DNA from: Bacteroidales bacterium
GTDB lineage: Bacteria; Bacteroidota; Bacteroidia; Bacteroidales; JAHJDW01
Length of the DNA stretch: 64,000 nucleotides
Assembly: GCA_029004185.1 (NCBI GenBank)
Contig: JAQUPB010000001.1
Location: forward strand, 1,322-65,321
Direction: 5' to 3'
Shown in pieces: positions 8,815 through 16,916 of the stretch (the first letter of the stretch is position 1; every line of letters starts with the position of its first letter). A program made the position numbers and the translations under genes. The notes beneath the pieces were generated by a model. The model was not told the origin of the DNA. It did not search any database and saw nothing but the letters and a program-made list of their open reading frames with translations.

Positions 8815-9231
8815 ATGATAAACAATAATTTTAAACATAGCGACATTACCGAAAAGATATTACGCGCATTCTTTAATGTTTATAACAGCTTAGGTTATGG
8901 ATTTCTTGAAAAGGTTTATGAAAATGCAATGTTGATCGAATTAATAAAATTAAATCTTAATGCAGTGAAGCAAAGTCCTGCAAAAATATATTATGATGAT
9001 GTTCTGGTTGGCGATTATTTTGCCGACATTGTTGTAGAAAATAAAGTTATTCTTGAACTAAAAGCCATTGAAAACCTTTGTCCTGAGCATGAAGTGCAGT
9101 TGGTAAATTACCTGAAAGCAACAGAAATTGAAGTTGGTTTATTGCTTAACTTCGGTAAAAAGCCGCAGTACAAAAGAAGAGTATTGACAAAAGAATATAG
9201 AAATAAAAAAGTAGACGCGGATTTAATATAA
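8815..9231 (+). CDS. GxxExxY protein (PD-(D/E)XK nuclease-like superfamily)
   Basis: 138 aa. Contains GYGFLEKVYENAM (GxxExxY) and DIVVENKVILELK (a D...ExK-like core). The last six codons lie in repeat F4. Confidence 0.8.
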   Translation: MINNNFKHSDITEKILRAFFNVYNSLGYGFLEKVYENAMLIELIKLNLNAVKQSPAKIYYDDVLVGDYFADIVVENKVILELKAIENLCPEHEVQLVNYLKATEIEVGLLLNFGKKPQYKRRVLTKEYRNKKVDADLI

Positions 9232-9277
9232 AAAATATGAAAAAACGCAGAAAAGAAATCAGTGTAAATCTGCGTCT
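9213..9277 (-). repeat. CGCAGAT-family element, copy F4 (inverted orientation, downstream flank of the GxxExxY gene)
   Basis: agacgcggatttaatat...atgaaaaaacgcaga...aaatctgcgtct aligns to the reverse complement of F1. Its end, atctgcgtct (9268-9277), is the perfect inverted complement of agacgcagat at 8717-8726. Confidence 0.7.
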
Positions 9278-9615
9278 AATAAATAAAAAAAAACAAGAAC
9301 AATTAATTATATATGAATATACAACAAAAAGTTTATAATTGCTTATACTTTAATATTTAATAAATGGTTTTTTACAATGTTCACAAATGCACAAATTAAA
9401 AAGCCCCCTCACAAGTGGCTAAAAAAATAAATGAAGCAATACCAAATAATTTAATAACCAAAAGAAAGGAGGCATAACAAAAGTACAGAGAAATTAAATA
9501 AATTCCAAACTAAAGATTTTATATTTAAAGTTTGGACGCATAGGGGAAAACTACCGGCGGAAGGGGAGTTTTGAAAAAAAGTAAATTGTTTTATAAAATT
9601 TAAAATTTAATAAAA

Positions 9616-9825
9616 ATGAAAAAGTTAGAATCAATTAAAAATGCTAAATTTGAAGCATTAAACAAAAATCAAATGGGTAAATTAAATGGTGGTGGAAAAG
9701 CAGCCGGAGACATTAATTTCTCTGGTCCAGGTACAGTAACTATAGGTAGCAACACTTATAAATATTCTGGTGACCAGTCAACACCTGGCGGAGGTACACA
9801 GTATTCAGATGCAAAACTTGTCTAA
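9616..9825 (+). CDS. RiPP precursor peptide with double-glycine-type leader
   Basis: 69 aa. The leader MKKLESIKNAKFEALNKNQMGKLNGG ends in GG(G). The Cys-free core is GKAAGDINFSGPGTVTIGSNTYKYSGDQSTPGGGTQYSDAKLV. First gene of an operon that encodes a C39-peptidase ABC exporter. Confidence 0.7.
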   Translation: MKKLESIKNAKFEALNKNQMGKLNGGGKAAGDINFSGPGTVTIGSNTYKYSGDQSTPGGGTQYSDAKLV

Positions 9826-9837
9826 TAATTGTATTAT

Positions 9838-9870
9838 AAAAGGCTGTCTTTATTTATAAGACAGCCTTTT
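9838..9870 (+). terminator. Intrinsic terminator or attenuator immediately after the precursor gene
   Basis: Perfect 13 bp stem (aaaaggctgtctt / aagacagcctttt) with the 7 nt loop tatttat. Starts 13 nt after the stop codon. Confidence 0.65.
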
Positions 9871-9906
9871 ACTTTATGTAAAGTATAACTATTAAAATAA
9901 AAATAA

Positions 9907-10956
9907 ATGAAAAGATTACTATTTGCATATATAATAGTTAATTTATTTGTAATCGCAATATTTTCGCAAAATTCAGATTACACAAAGGTTTATTACCCAT
10001 TTACAAACAAAGCTGAATTGAATATAATTGAAAATAATTACAAAAAAGCTTTAAGGAAATATAAAAAAGCATTTGATAATGCTCCACATGCCTTTGCCAG
10101 AGATTTGTATAATGCAACGCTTTGTGCAATAAGAGTAAATAAACTCGATTTTGCCTATAAATGCATGGATAGTTTAATTAGTAAAGGCTTAAATATTGAT
10201 TTTTTTGAAATTAATAATGAATTTGATACATTAAAGAAAGATTATAGATGGGAAAAATTTAAGTCGGATTATCCTATATATAAAAAAATAGCTGATAAAA
10301 GAATTAACAAACAATTATCAATAATGTTCAGGAAAATGGAAGATGACGACCAAAAATTCAGATATGATTACGAAACATTTGGTGATACAATAAAAAAAAT
10401 TGATTCAATGAATATGAAAATATTTTTAGATATAATTGATAAATACGATTTTCCATGTGAGGAAATTATAGGAATAAATTCATCACTGGGAAAATATAAT
10501 GAAAGTTTTTATATTGTTTTACATCATAATTGTCAGAAATTTTCATTACCAGGAAATGAAAAATTATTTAATCTTAAAAATATACTGATAAAAGCAATTA
10601 AAGATGGAAAGTATGATAAATATACTGCGGCATATTTGCTCATTTTACAAAATGACTCAACAATTAAAATAGGAGATGTAGGGATAACTCAAATTATTAA
10701 TAAAGCGATACCTGATTCTGAAAATAAATATTACATACAAAAATATTTATCCAAAAAACAAAAAAAAGAATATGATGTTTATCGAGCAGGTATAGGTTTA
10801 GAAACCTTAAATGATTTCTATAAAAAATTAATATTTTTTCATATAAATAAAAATCATAGTCCTTTTAAATTTTATGTTAAATACGACAAGTGGGTATTTA
10901 ATAATGAATTATACAGTAAATTCATAAAATCATTTGTAGAATTAAAATTACAATAA
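9907..10956 (+). CDS. Hypothetical secreted or periplasmic protein (signal peptide; helical-repeat-like N-terminal part)
   Basis: 349 aa. N-terminal hydrophobic signal sequence MKRLLFAYIIVNLFVIAIFSQ. No family recognised with confidence. Its stop is 3 nt before the ATP-grasp start. Confidence 0.6.
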   Translation: MKRLLFAYIIVNLFVIAIFSQNSDYTKVYYPFTNKAELNIIENNYKKALRKYKKAFDNAPHAFARDLYNATLCAIRVNKLDFAYKCMDSLISKGLNIDFFEINNEFDTLKKDYRWEKFKSDYPIYKKIADKRINKQLSIMFRKMEDDDQKFRYDYETFGDTIKKIDSMNMKIFLDIIDKYDFPCEEIIGINSSLGKYNESFYIVLHHNCQKFSLPGNEKLFNLKNILIKAIKDGKYDKYTAAYLLILQNDSTIKIGDVGITQIINKAIPDSENKYYIQKYLSKKQKKEYDVYRAGIGLETLNDFYKKLIFFHINKNHSPFKFYVKYDKWVFNNELYSKFIKSFVELKLQ

Positions 10957-10959
10957 TAA

Positions 10960-11946
10960 ATGCTTTTAATATTTAGCGAAGAAACAGATAGAACAACAGA
11001 TTATGTTTGCTCATGGTTAAATTATTTGAAAACATCTTATGTTAGGATTAATAATAAAATAAATGCTAATATAATTGATGAAATTGAAATAAGTAATAAT
11101 ACTATAAATATAAATCTCAGCCGAAAACAAAATAAATACAAATTTGAAGATATTGATATTGTCTGGTTCAGGCGAGGATATTTAACTTTTTCTGTTGAAA
11201 ATTTGAAAGAACTAAATATTTCCGAAAATGCAAGAGAAGAAATAAATAGACATATAATTGAACAAAATACAACACTTGGGATTTTTTTTTATGAAAATAC
11301 AAAATATAAAAAAACCATAAATGACCCAAGAATATATAATGCCAATAAATTAATAACATTACAAACTGCAATTGATATCGGACTAAAAGTTCCCGCAACA
11401 ATAATTACAAAAAATAAAAACAGCATCCTTAACTTCAAGAGGAAATACAAAAATATTATAACAAAGCATATTCAGGATATTATTAATATGATACTTGAAG
11501 ATGGTAAAAACATTTTTGTGTTAACCAATAAAGTTTATAAAAAAGAAATAACAGAAGAAACTTATTATTATTCATTATTTCAAGAAGAAATTAAAAAGAA
11601 ATATGAATTAAGAATATTTTATTTTCTTGGTAAGTTTTACAGTGCGGCAATATTTTCGCAATTAAGTGAAGTTTCAAAAATTGATTTCAGAGATAATAAT
11701 CTAAATAGAGAAAAACCAAGTAGAATAGCACCGTTTAACCTACCTAAAGAAATAAAAATAAAACTTGATAATTTGATGAAAAAATCAAGTTTAGAAAGCG
11801 GCTCAATAGATATGATTGTTACGCCGGAAAATGAATATGTTTTTTTGGAAGTTAATCCTGTTGGACAACTTGATTTTGTTAGCAAACCATGCAATTATTA
11901 TATTGAAAAAGACATTGCAAAATATTTTAGAGATGGAAAAATCTGA
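10960..11946 (+). CDS. ATP-grasp peptide maturase (RiPP ligase, grasp-with-SPASM type)
   Basis: 328 aa. ELRIFYF and the C-terminal GSIDMIV...YVFLEVNPVGQ match the ATP-grasp Mg/ATP-binding region. The N-terminus MLLIFSEETDRTTDYVCSWL resembles what I recall for this maturase family. Confidence 0.8.
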   Translation: MLLIFSEETDRTTDYVCSWLNYLKTSYVRINNKINANIIDEIEISNNTININLSRKQNKYKFEDIDIVWFRRGYLTFSVENLKELNISENAREEINRHIIEQNTTLGIFFYENTKYKKTINDPRIYNANKLITLQTAIDIGLKVPATIITKNKNSILNFKRKYKNIITKHIQDIINMILEDGKNIFVLTNKVYKKEITEETYYYSLFQEEIKKKYELRIFYFLGKFYSAAIFSQLSEVSKIDFRDNNLNREKPSRIAPFNLPKEIKIKLDNLMKKSSLESGSIDMIVTPENEYVFLEVNPVGQLDFVSKPCNYYIEKDIAKYFRDGKI

Positions 11947-12127
11947 AAAAAAATATTTAATACCAATTGATAAAAGAAAATACTTTCCTTTTAATTATCA
12001 ATATCTGGTAAAACCAAATGATTCATCAATTGATAAGATGTCAGTATATAAAGATTCTAAAATAGAAAAAATACAAAACGATAATGCAGAGGTAATACCA
12101 TTTTACAAATCAATATCAAGATTTTAA
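11933..12127 (+). CDS. Small 64 aa ORF translationally coupled between the ATP-grasp and SPASM genes (accessory protein or second substrate?)
   Basis: The ATG at 11933 lies inside the last codons of the ATP-grasp gene. Its TAA (12125-12127) abuts the next ATG (12128). No GG motif and no Cys. Confidence 0.45.
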   Translation: MEKSEKKYLIPIDKRKYFPFNYQYLVKPNDSSIDKMSVYKDSKIEKIQNDNAEVIPFYKSISRF

Positions 12128-13255
12128 ATGAATACAGATAAAAAATATTTTCGTTTATTTGCCACATGTATTCCCGTGAAAGGATACGAACGTTCTGCTA
12201 TTTGCGATATTCATAGATGTAATGTTGAGTTTATTCCCAATTCACTTTATGAAATTATTACAAATAATGAAAACAAAACTTATAGCGAATTGATTGAAAT
12301 ATTTGGAGCAGAACAAAAACAAGTGATTGATGAATATTTTGAATTTTTGCTCGAAAAAGAATTCGGATATTTCTTTAATAAAGACGAATTGGAGCTTTTT
12401 CCTAAACTTAATCTGCAATGGGATTTTTATTCTGATGTGAGCAATGCAATAATTGATTTAAAAGAATATTCGAATTATGATATAAAAGAAGCAATTAAAC
12501 AACTTGATGATATTGATTGTTTCCATTTGCAAATAAGATTTTTTTTAAAAACACAAAAAGAAAAAATAATTGAATTACTTGAATTGATTAATGAAACGTC
12601 AATACGTTCAGTTCAAGTCATGTTGTCTTTCAATACTTTAAATAATACAGATGAATACATACAGCTTTGTAAAGATTACTTAAAAATAAGTAAAATCGAA
12701 TGTTATAATAGCAGGAAGAGTGAAATAATAGATGTGTTCGGAAACCTTTCGCAAGTTTTATTAAACGGAAAAAAAATAAAAGATGAAACTACTTGTGGTA
12801 TGGTAGATGTTGGGTATTTTTCACCAAACACACCACATTTTACCGAATCCCAACATCACAATACTTGCCTGAACCGAAAAATTAGTATTGATGCAAATGG
12901 TAAAATTAAAAACTGTCCTTCGATGCAAAAGAGTTTTGGAAATATTAAAAATACAACATTAAAAGAGGCATTGGGAAAACCTGGTTTTAAAGATTTGTGG
13001 AGCATAAGAAAAGATGATATTGATGTTTGCAAAGATTGTGAATTTCGTTATATATGCACTGACTGCAGAGCATACTTAAAAGACCCAAGCAATATTTATT
13101 CACAACCGGCAAAATGTCTGTATAATCCTTATATTGCCAAATGGGAAGGTGAAGAAGGTTATATAAAAGTTGAGGACTGGCGGAAACAAAACCCTGATTG
13201 GGAAAAGGGATTAAAAAGGGAACCATTAGTAAAAAAAATTCAATTAGTGCAATGA
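12128..13255 (+). CDS. SPASM-domain peptide maturase lacking the canonical radical-SAM CX3CX2C motif
   Basis: 375 aa. The C-terminal Cys pattern is CX10GX4C (CLNRKISIDANGKIKNC), then CKDCEFRYICTDC (CX2CX5CX2C), then a distal Cys (AKCLYNPY). The N-terminal Cys are C14, C26 and C31 (CX11CX4C), so there is no CX3CX2C. Confidence 0.8.
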   Translation: MNTDKKYFRLFATCIPVKGYERSAICDIHRCNVEFIPNSLYEIITNNENKTYSELIEIFGAEQKQVIDEYFEFLLEKEFGYFFNKDELELFPKLNLQWDFYSDVSNAIIDLKEYSNYDIKEAIKQLDDIDCFHLQIRFFLKTQKEKIIELLELINETSIRSVQVMLSFNTLNNTDEYIQLCKDYLKISKIECYNSRKSEIIDVFGNLSQVLLNGKKIKDETTCGMVDVGYFSPNTPHFTESQHHNTCLNRKISIDANGKIKNCPSMQKSFGNIKNTTLKEALGKPGFKDLWSIRKDDIDVCKDCEFRYICTDCRAYLKDPSNIYSQPAKCLYNPYIAKWEGEEGYIKVEDWRKQNPDWEKGLKREPLVKKIQLVQ

Positions 13256-15441
13256 AAAATTTCCCCTTCTATACCCAACTCGATTCAATGGACTGCGGTC
13301 CCTCATGTTTACGCATGATTGCGAAGCATTACGGAAAGACATATACATTGCAGAATTTGCGTGATAAAAGTTTTATTACACGTGAAGGAGTGTCGTTACT
13401 TGGTATTAGCGATGCAGCTGAAGCAATTGGCTTTCGCACAATGGGAGTGAAAATAAGTTTTGAAAAACTTGCAAAAGAAGCTCCACTGCCTTGCATTGTA
13501 CATTGGAATCAGAATCATTTTGTGGTGGTATATAAAATACATAAAAACAATGTTTATGTAGCCGATCCCGGACATGGGTTGGTAAAATATACAACCGAAG
13601 AATTTAAGAAATGCTGGCTCAGCACAAAAGCCGAAGGCGAAGAAAAGGGAATTGCATTGCTTTTAGAGCCGACACCCGACTTTTATAAAATCGAAGATGA
13701 GAAAAAAAACAAATCAAGTTTTGGATATTTATTTTCTTATTTAACACCTTATAAAAAATTTATAGTACAGTTAATACTTGGGTTGCTGCTTGGCAGCATG
13801 CTGCAGCTTGTATTTCCTTTCCTTACCCAATCGGTAGTTGATGTAGGTATAAGTAACCAGAACATAAATTTTATTTATCTGGTTCTTATTGCACAATTAA
13901 TGTTGTTCTTCAGTCGGGCTACAGTTGATTTTATCCGCGGCTGGATATTACTGCACCTTGGCACGCGAATAAACATCTCGCTTATTTCCGACTTCCTGAT
14001 GAAATTAATGAAACTGCCAATCGGCTTTTTCGATACAAAAATGATTGGCGATTTAATGCAGCGCATTTCAGATAATCACCGAATAGAAACATTTCTTACT
14101 TCATCATCACTGAGTATTTTATTTTCAATGATGAATTTAATCATATTCAGCATCGTACTTGCAATTTATAGTTTGAAGATATTTATAATATTTCTTGCAG
14201 GTAGTATTCTATACACGCTTTGGATATGGATTTTCCTGAAAAAACGCCGCGAACTTGATTTTAAACGTTTTGCTCAAATGTCGGACAATCAAAGCAACTT
14301 ATTCCAATTGATTACCGGCATGCAGGAAATAAAACTTAATAATTGCGAAAAGCAAAAGCGATGGGAATGGGAACGGATACAATCAAAATTATTCAAAGTA
14401 AGCATAAAGAGTTTGGCATTATCGCAATATCAGCAAGCCGGTTCGGTAGTAATTAATGAAACAAAAAATATAATCATTTCCATAATAGCGGCAAAAGCGG
14501 TGATAGACGGCAATATTACACTCGGTATGATGCTTGCCGTTCAGTATATAATCGGGCAGTTGAACAGCCCTATTGAACAGATGATAAATTTTATACAGGC
14601 AGCACAGGATGCAAAAATAAGCTTGGAACGATTAGGCGAAATTCACAACAAGAAAGATGAGGAAAATCCCGATGATGAGAAAATCACAATATTCCCCGAA
14701 AATAAAAGTATTTCAATAAATGAACTTTCATTTCAATATGAAGGACCACATTCCGAATTTGTTTTGCAGGATTTAAGTTTGAATATTCCCGAAAGTAAAA
14801 TTACAGCAATAGTAGGAACAAGCGGAAGCGGAAAAACAACAATGGTTAAATTAATGCTTGGATTTTACCCGCCGACAAAAGGAGAAATAAAAATAGGAGA
14901 TGTGGGATTGCCGAATTTCAGCCAAAGAATGTGGCGTGCAAAATGCGGAGCGGTAATGCAGGACGGATTTATTTTTTCAGATACAATTGCAAAAAATATT
15001 GCAGTGAGTGACGAAACAGTTAATAAAGAAAAACTATTACATGCCGTAAAAGTGGCGAACATACAGGAGTTCATCGAATCGTTGCCTCTTGGTTACAACT
15101 CAAAAATCGGACAGGAAGGACACGGAATAAGTCAGGGACAAAAACAAAGAATGTTGATAGCACGGGCAGTTTACAAAAATCCCGAATATATTTTCTTTGA
15201 TGAAGCCACAAATGCATTAGATGCGAATAATGAGCTTGTGATAATGAAAAATCTTGAAGAGTTCTTTAAAGGAAAGACGGTTATCATTGTAGCACACAGA
15301 TTAAGCACAGTGAAAAATGCAGATAAAATAGTTGTTTTAGAAAAGGGAAAAATTGTAGAAACAGCAAATCATGAAGAACTGACAAATTTGAGAGGAGCAT
15401 ATTATAATTTGGTAAAAAACCAGTTGGAACTGGGGAATTAG
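13252..15441 (+). CDS. Peptidase C39 domain-containing ABC transporter (bacteriocin/RiPP processing exporter)
   Basis: The N-terminus QLDSMDCGPSCLRMIAKHYG carries the C39 catalytic Cys. Six-TM region, Walker A GTSGSGKTT, signature ISQGQKQR, Walker B IFFDEATNALD. Start chosen at the ATG at 13252, which overlaps the upstream TGA (ATGA). Confidence 0.9.
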   Translation: MKNFPFYTQLDSMDCGPSCLRMIAKHYGKTYTLQNLRDKSFITREGVSLLGISDAAEAIGFRTMGVKISFEKLAKEAPLPCIVHWNQNHFVVVYKIHKNNVYVADPGHGLVKYTTEEFKKCWLSTKAEGEEKGIALLLEPTPDFYKIEDEKKNKSSFGYLFSYLTPYKKFIVQLILGLLLGSMLQLVFPFLTQSVVDVGISNQNINFIYLVLIAQLMLFFSRATVDFIRGWILLHLGTRINISLISDFLMKLMKLPIGFFDTKMIGDLMQRISDNHRIETFLTSSSLSILFSMMNLIIFSIVLAIYSLKIFIIFLAGSILYTLWIWIFLKKRRELDFKRFAQMSDNQSNLFQLITGMQEIKLNNCEKQKRWEWERIQSKLFKVSIKSLALSQYQQAGSVVINETKNIIISIIAAKAVIDGNITLGMMLAVQYIIGQLNSPIEQMINFIQAAQDAKISLERLGEIHNKKDEENPDDEKITIFPENKSISINELSFQYEGPHSEFVLQDLSLNIPESKITAIVGTSGSGKTTMVKLMLGFYPPTKGEIKIGDVGLPNFSQRMWRAKCGAVMQDGFIFSDTIAKNIAVSDETVNKEKLLHAVKVANIQEFIESLPLGYNSKIGQEGHGISQGQKQRMLIARAVYKNPEYIFFDEATNALDANNELVIMKNLEEFFKGKTVIIVAHRLSTVKNADKIVVLEKGKIVETANHEELTNLRGAYYNLVKNQLELGN

Positions 15442-15523
15442 ACGCTGATTTAATATGAAAAAATGAAAAAACACAGATAAAAAATCATATCCGTCAGCTG
15501 ACGGACAGCGTTAATCTGCGTCT
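15440..15523 (-). repeat. CGCAGAT-family element, copy F5 (inverted orientation) between the ABC and HlyD genes
   Basis: agacgctgatttaatatgaaaa...aacacagat...cgttaatctgcgtct aligns to the reverse complement of F1. It carries an internal perfect 14 nt palindrome, ccgtcagctgacgg (15491-15504). Confidence 0.75.
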
Positions 15524-15531
15524 TAAAAATA

Positions 15532-16839
15532 ATGGAAAAAGAAGAAATAAATAAAATAGAAATCCGCAGCGAAGAAGTGCAGGAAATTCTTGGCAGACCA
15601 CCACGTTGGGTTATACGTTGGGGAATTACTGTCATATTTATTGTTATTGCTGTTATTTTTATTGGAAGTTATTTTTTCAAATATCCCGATGTAATTAACT
15701 CTACAATAATTGTAAATACAGAGAACTTACCTGCAAATGTTGTAGCAAAAACAAATGGAAAAATCGTAGCTCTTTTTATTAAGGACAAACAAAAAGTTAA
15801 AAAAGATAACATACTTGCAATAATTGAAAACCCTGCAAACTTTGATGATGTAGTAAGGTTAAAAATAAAATTAGATTCCGTAAATATCAAAAGTATTCTG
15901 TTAAAAGATTCAATGAAAACCATACAATTCAATGAAAGTTATATTTTAGGCGATTTGCAAACTTCGTATATCGGATTTCTGAAAGGGCTGAAAGATTATC
16001 AGATATTTATTGAATCAGATTTTCAGCACAAAAAAATAAATTCACTCAAAAATCAAATAAGCAAATACAATACTTTATTATCCCGGCTTTCGAAACAATC
16101 AAATATAATGGACAAGCAACTTGATATTGCAAAGCAGCAACATTCAAGAGATTCGGCATTATATAAAAACAGCACTATTTCAAAAATTGATTTTGAAAAA
16201 TCGGAAAATGCCTTATTGCAAAGTAAATACTCTTATGAAAGTGCAAAAAGCAGTTTGGATAATACAAGAATTACGATTTCTCAGATAGAACAAAATATTT
16301 TAGAACTCCAGCAACAATACGATGAACAAAAACAACAACTCGAACTAGCTTTAAACAACAATTATGAAGCATTGAAAAATCAAATTAAAACGTGGGAACA
16401 AACATATTTATTAAAAAGCCCTATTGATGGAAAAGTTACTTTTACTCAATACTGGAGCGTGAATCAAAATGTAAAAGCAGGAGATAATGTTATTACCATT
16501 GTTCCCGAAAAAGAAGCAAAAATTATAGGAAAAATTAAACTACCGATACAAGGTTCAGGAAAAGTAAAAGTTGGCCAGAAAGTAAACATTAAGTTTGCAA
16601 ATTACCCATACATGGAATATGGGATGGTAAAAGGAATAATAAAGTCAATATCACTTGTTCCTATGGATGCAAATTATACAGTAGAAGTTGAATTACCCGA
16701 AGGATTAAAAACAAACTACAACAAAACTCTTATCTTCAGCCAGGAAATGCAGGGAAGTGCAGAAATTATTACTGATGATATACGTTTAATAGAAAGATTT
16801 TTAAATCCTTTGAAAGCTGTTTGGAAAAAGAATATCTGA
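15532..16839 (+). CDS. HlyD-family secretion adaptor protein
   Basis: 435 aa. N-terminal TM anchor after RSEEVQEILGRPPRWVIRWG, a long coiled-coil-like Q/E/L-rich middle, and a beta-barrel-like C-terminus. Confidence 0.85.
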   Translation: MEKEEINKIEIRSEEVQEILGRPPRWVIRWGITVIFIVIAVIFIGSYFFKYPDVINSTIIVNTENLPANVVAKTNGKIVALFIKDKQKVKKDNILAIIENPANFDDVVRLKIKLDSVNIKSILLKDSMKTIQFNESYILGDLQTSYIGFLKGLKDYQIFIESDFQHKKINSLKNQISKYNTLLSRLSKQSNIMDKQLDIAKQQHSRDSALYKNSTISKIDFEKSENALLQSKYSYESAKSSLDNTRITISQIEQNILELQQQYDEQKQQLELALNNNYEALKNQIKTWEQTYLLKSPIDGKVTFTQYWSVNQNVKAGDNVITIVPEKEAKIIGKIKLPIQGSGKVKVGQKVNIKFANYPYMEYGMVKGIIKSISLVPMDANYTVEVELPEGLKTNYNKTLIFSQEMQGSAEIITDDIRLIERFLNPLKAVWKKNI

Positions 16840-16916
16840 AAATATTCTTTTTTGCATTGTTTAAAAAAGAAAAAAAGTAAAAGAATCGAAATGAAAATTA
16901 TTGATAAATTAAAAAA

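Noticed and set aside
11816-11932. Upstream extension of the small ORF, giving the 103 aa version in the ORF track.
   Set aside because: The extension lies entirely inside the conserved C-terminal ATP-grasp motif region (FLEVNPVGQ) in another frame. The internal ATG at 11933 gives the compact coupled arrangement.
13198-13251. N-terminal extension of the ABC transporter (MGKGIKKGTISKKNSISA).
   Set aside because: It overlaps the SPASM gene 3' end. The ATG at 13252 forms an ATGA stop-start overlap and yields the usual distance to the C39 catalytic Cys.
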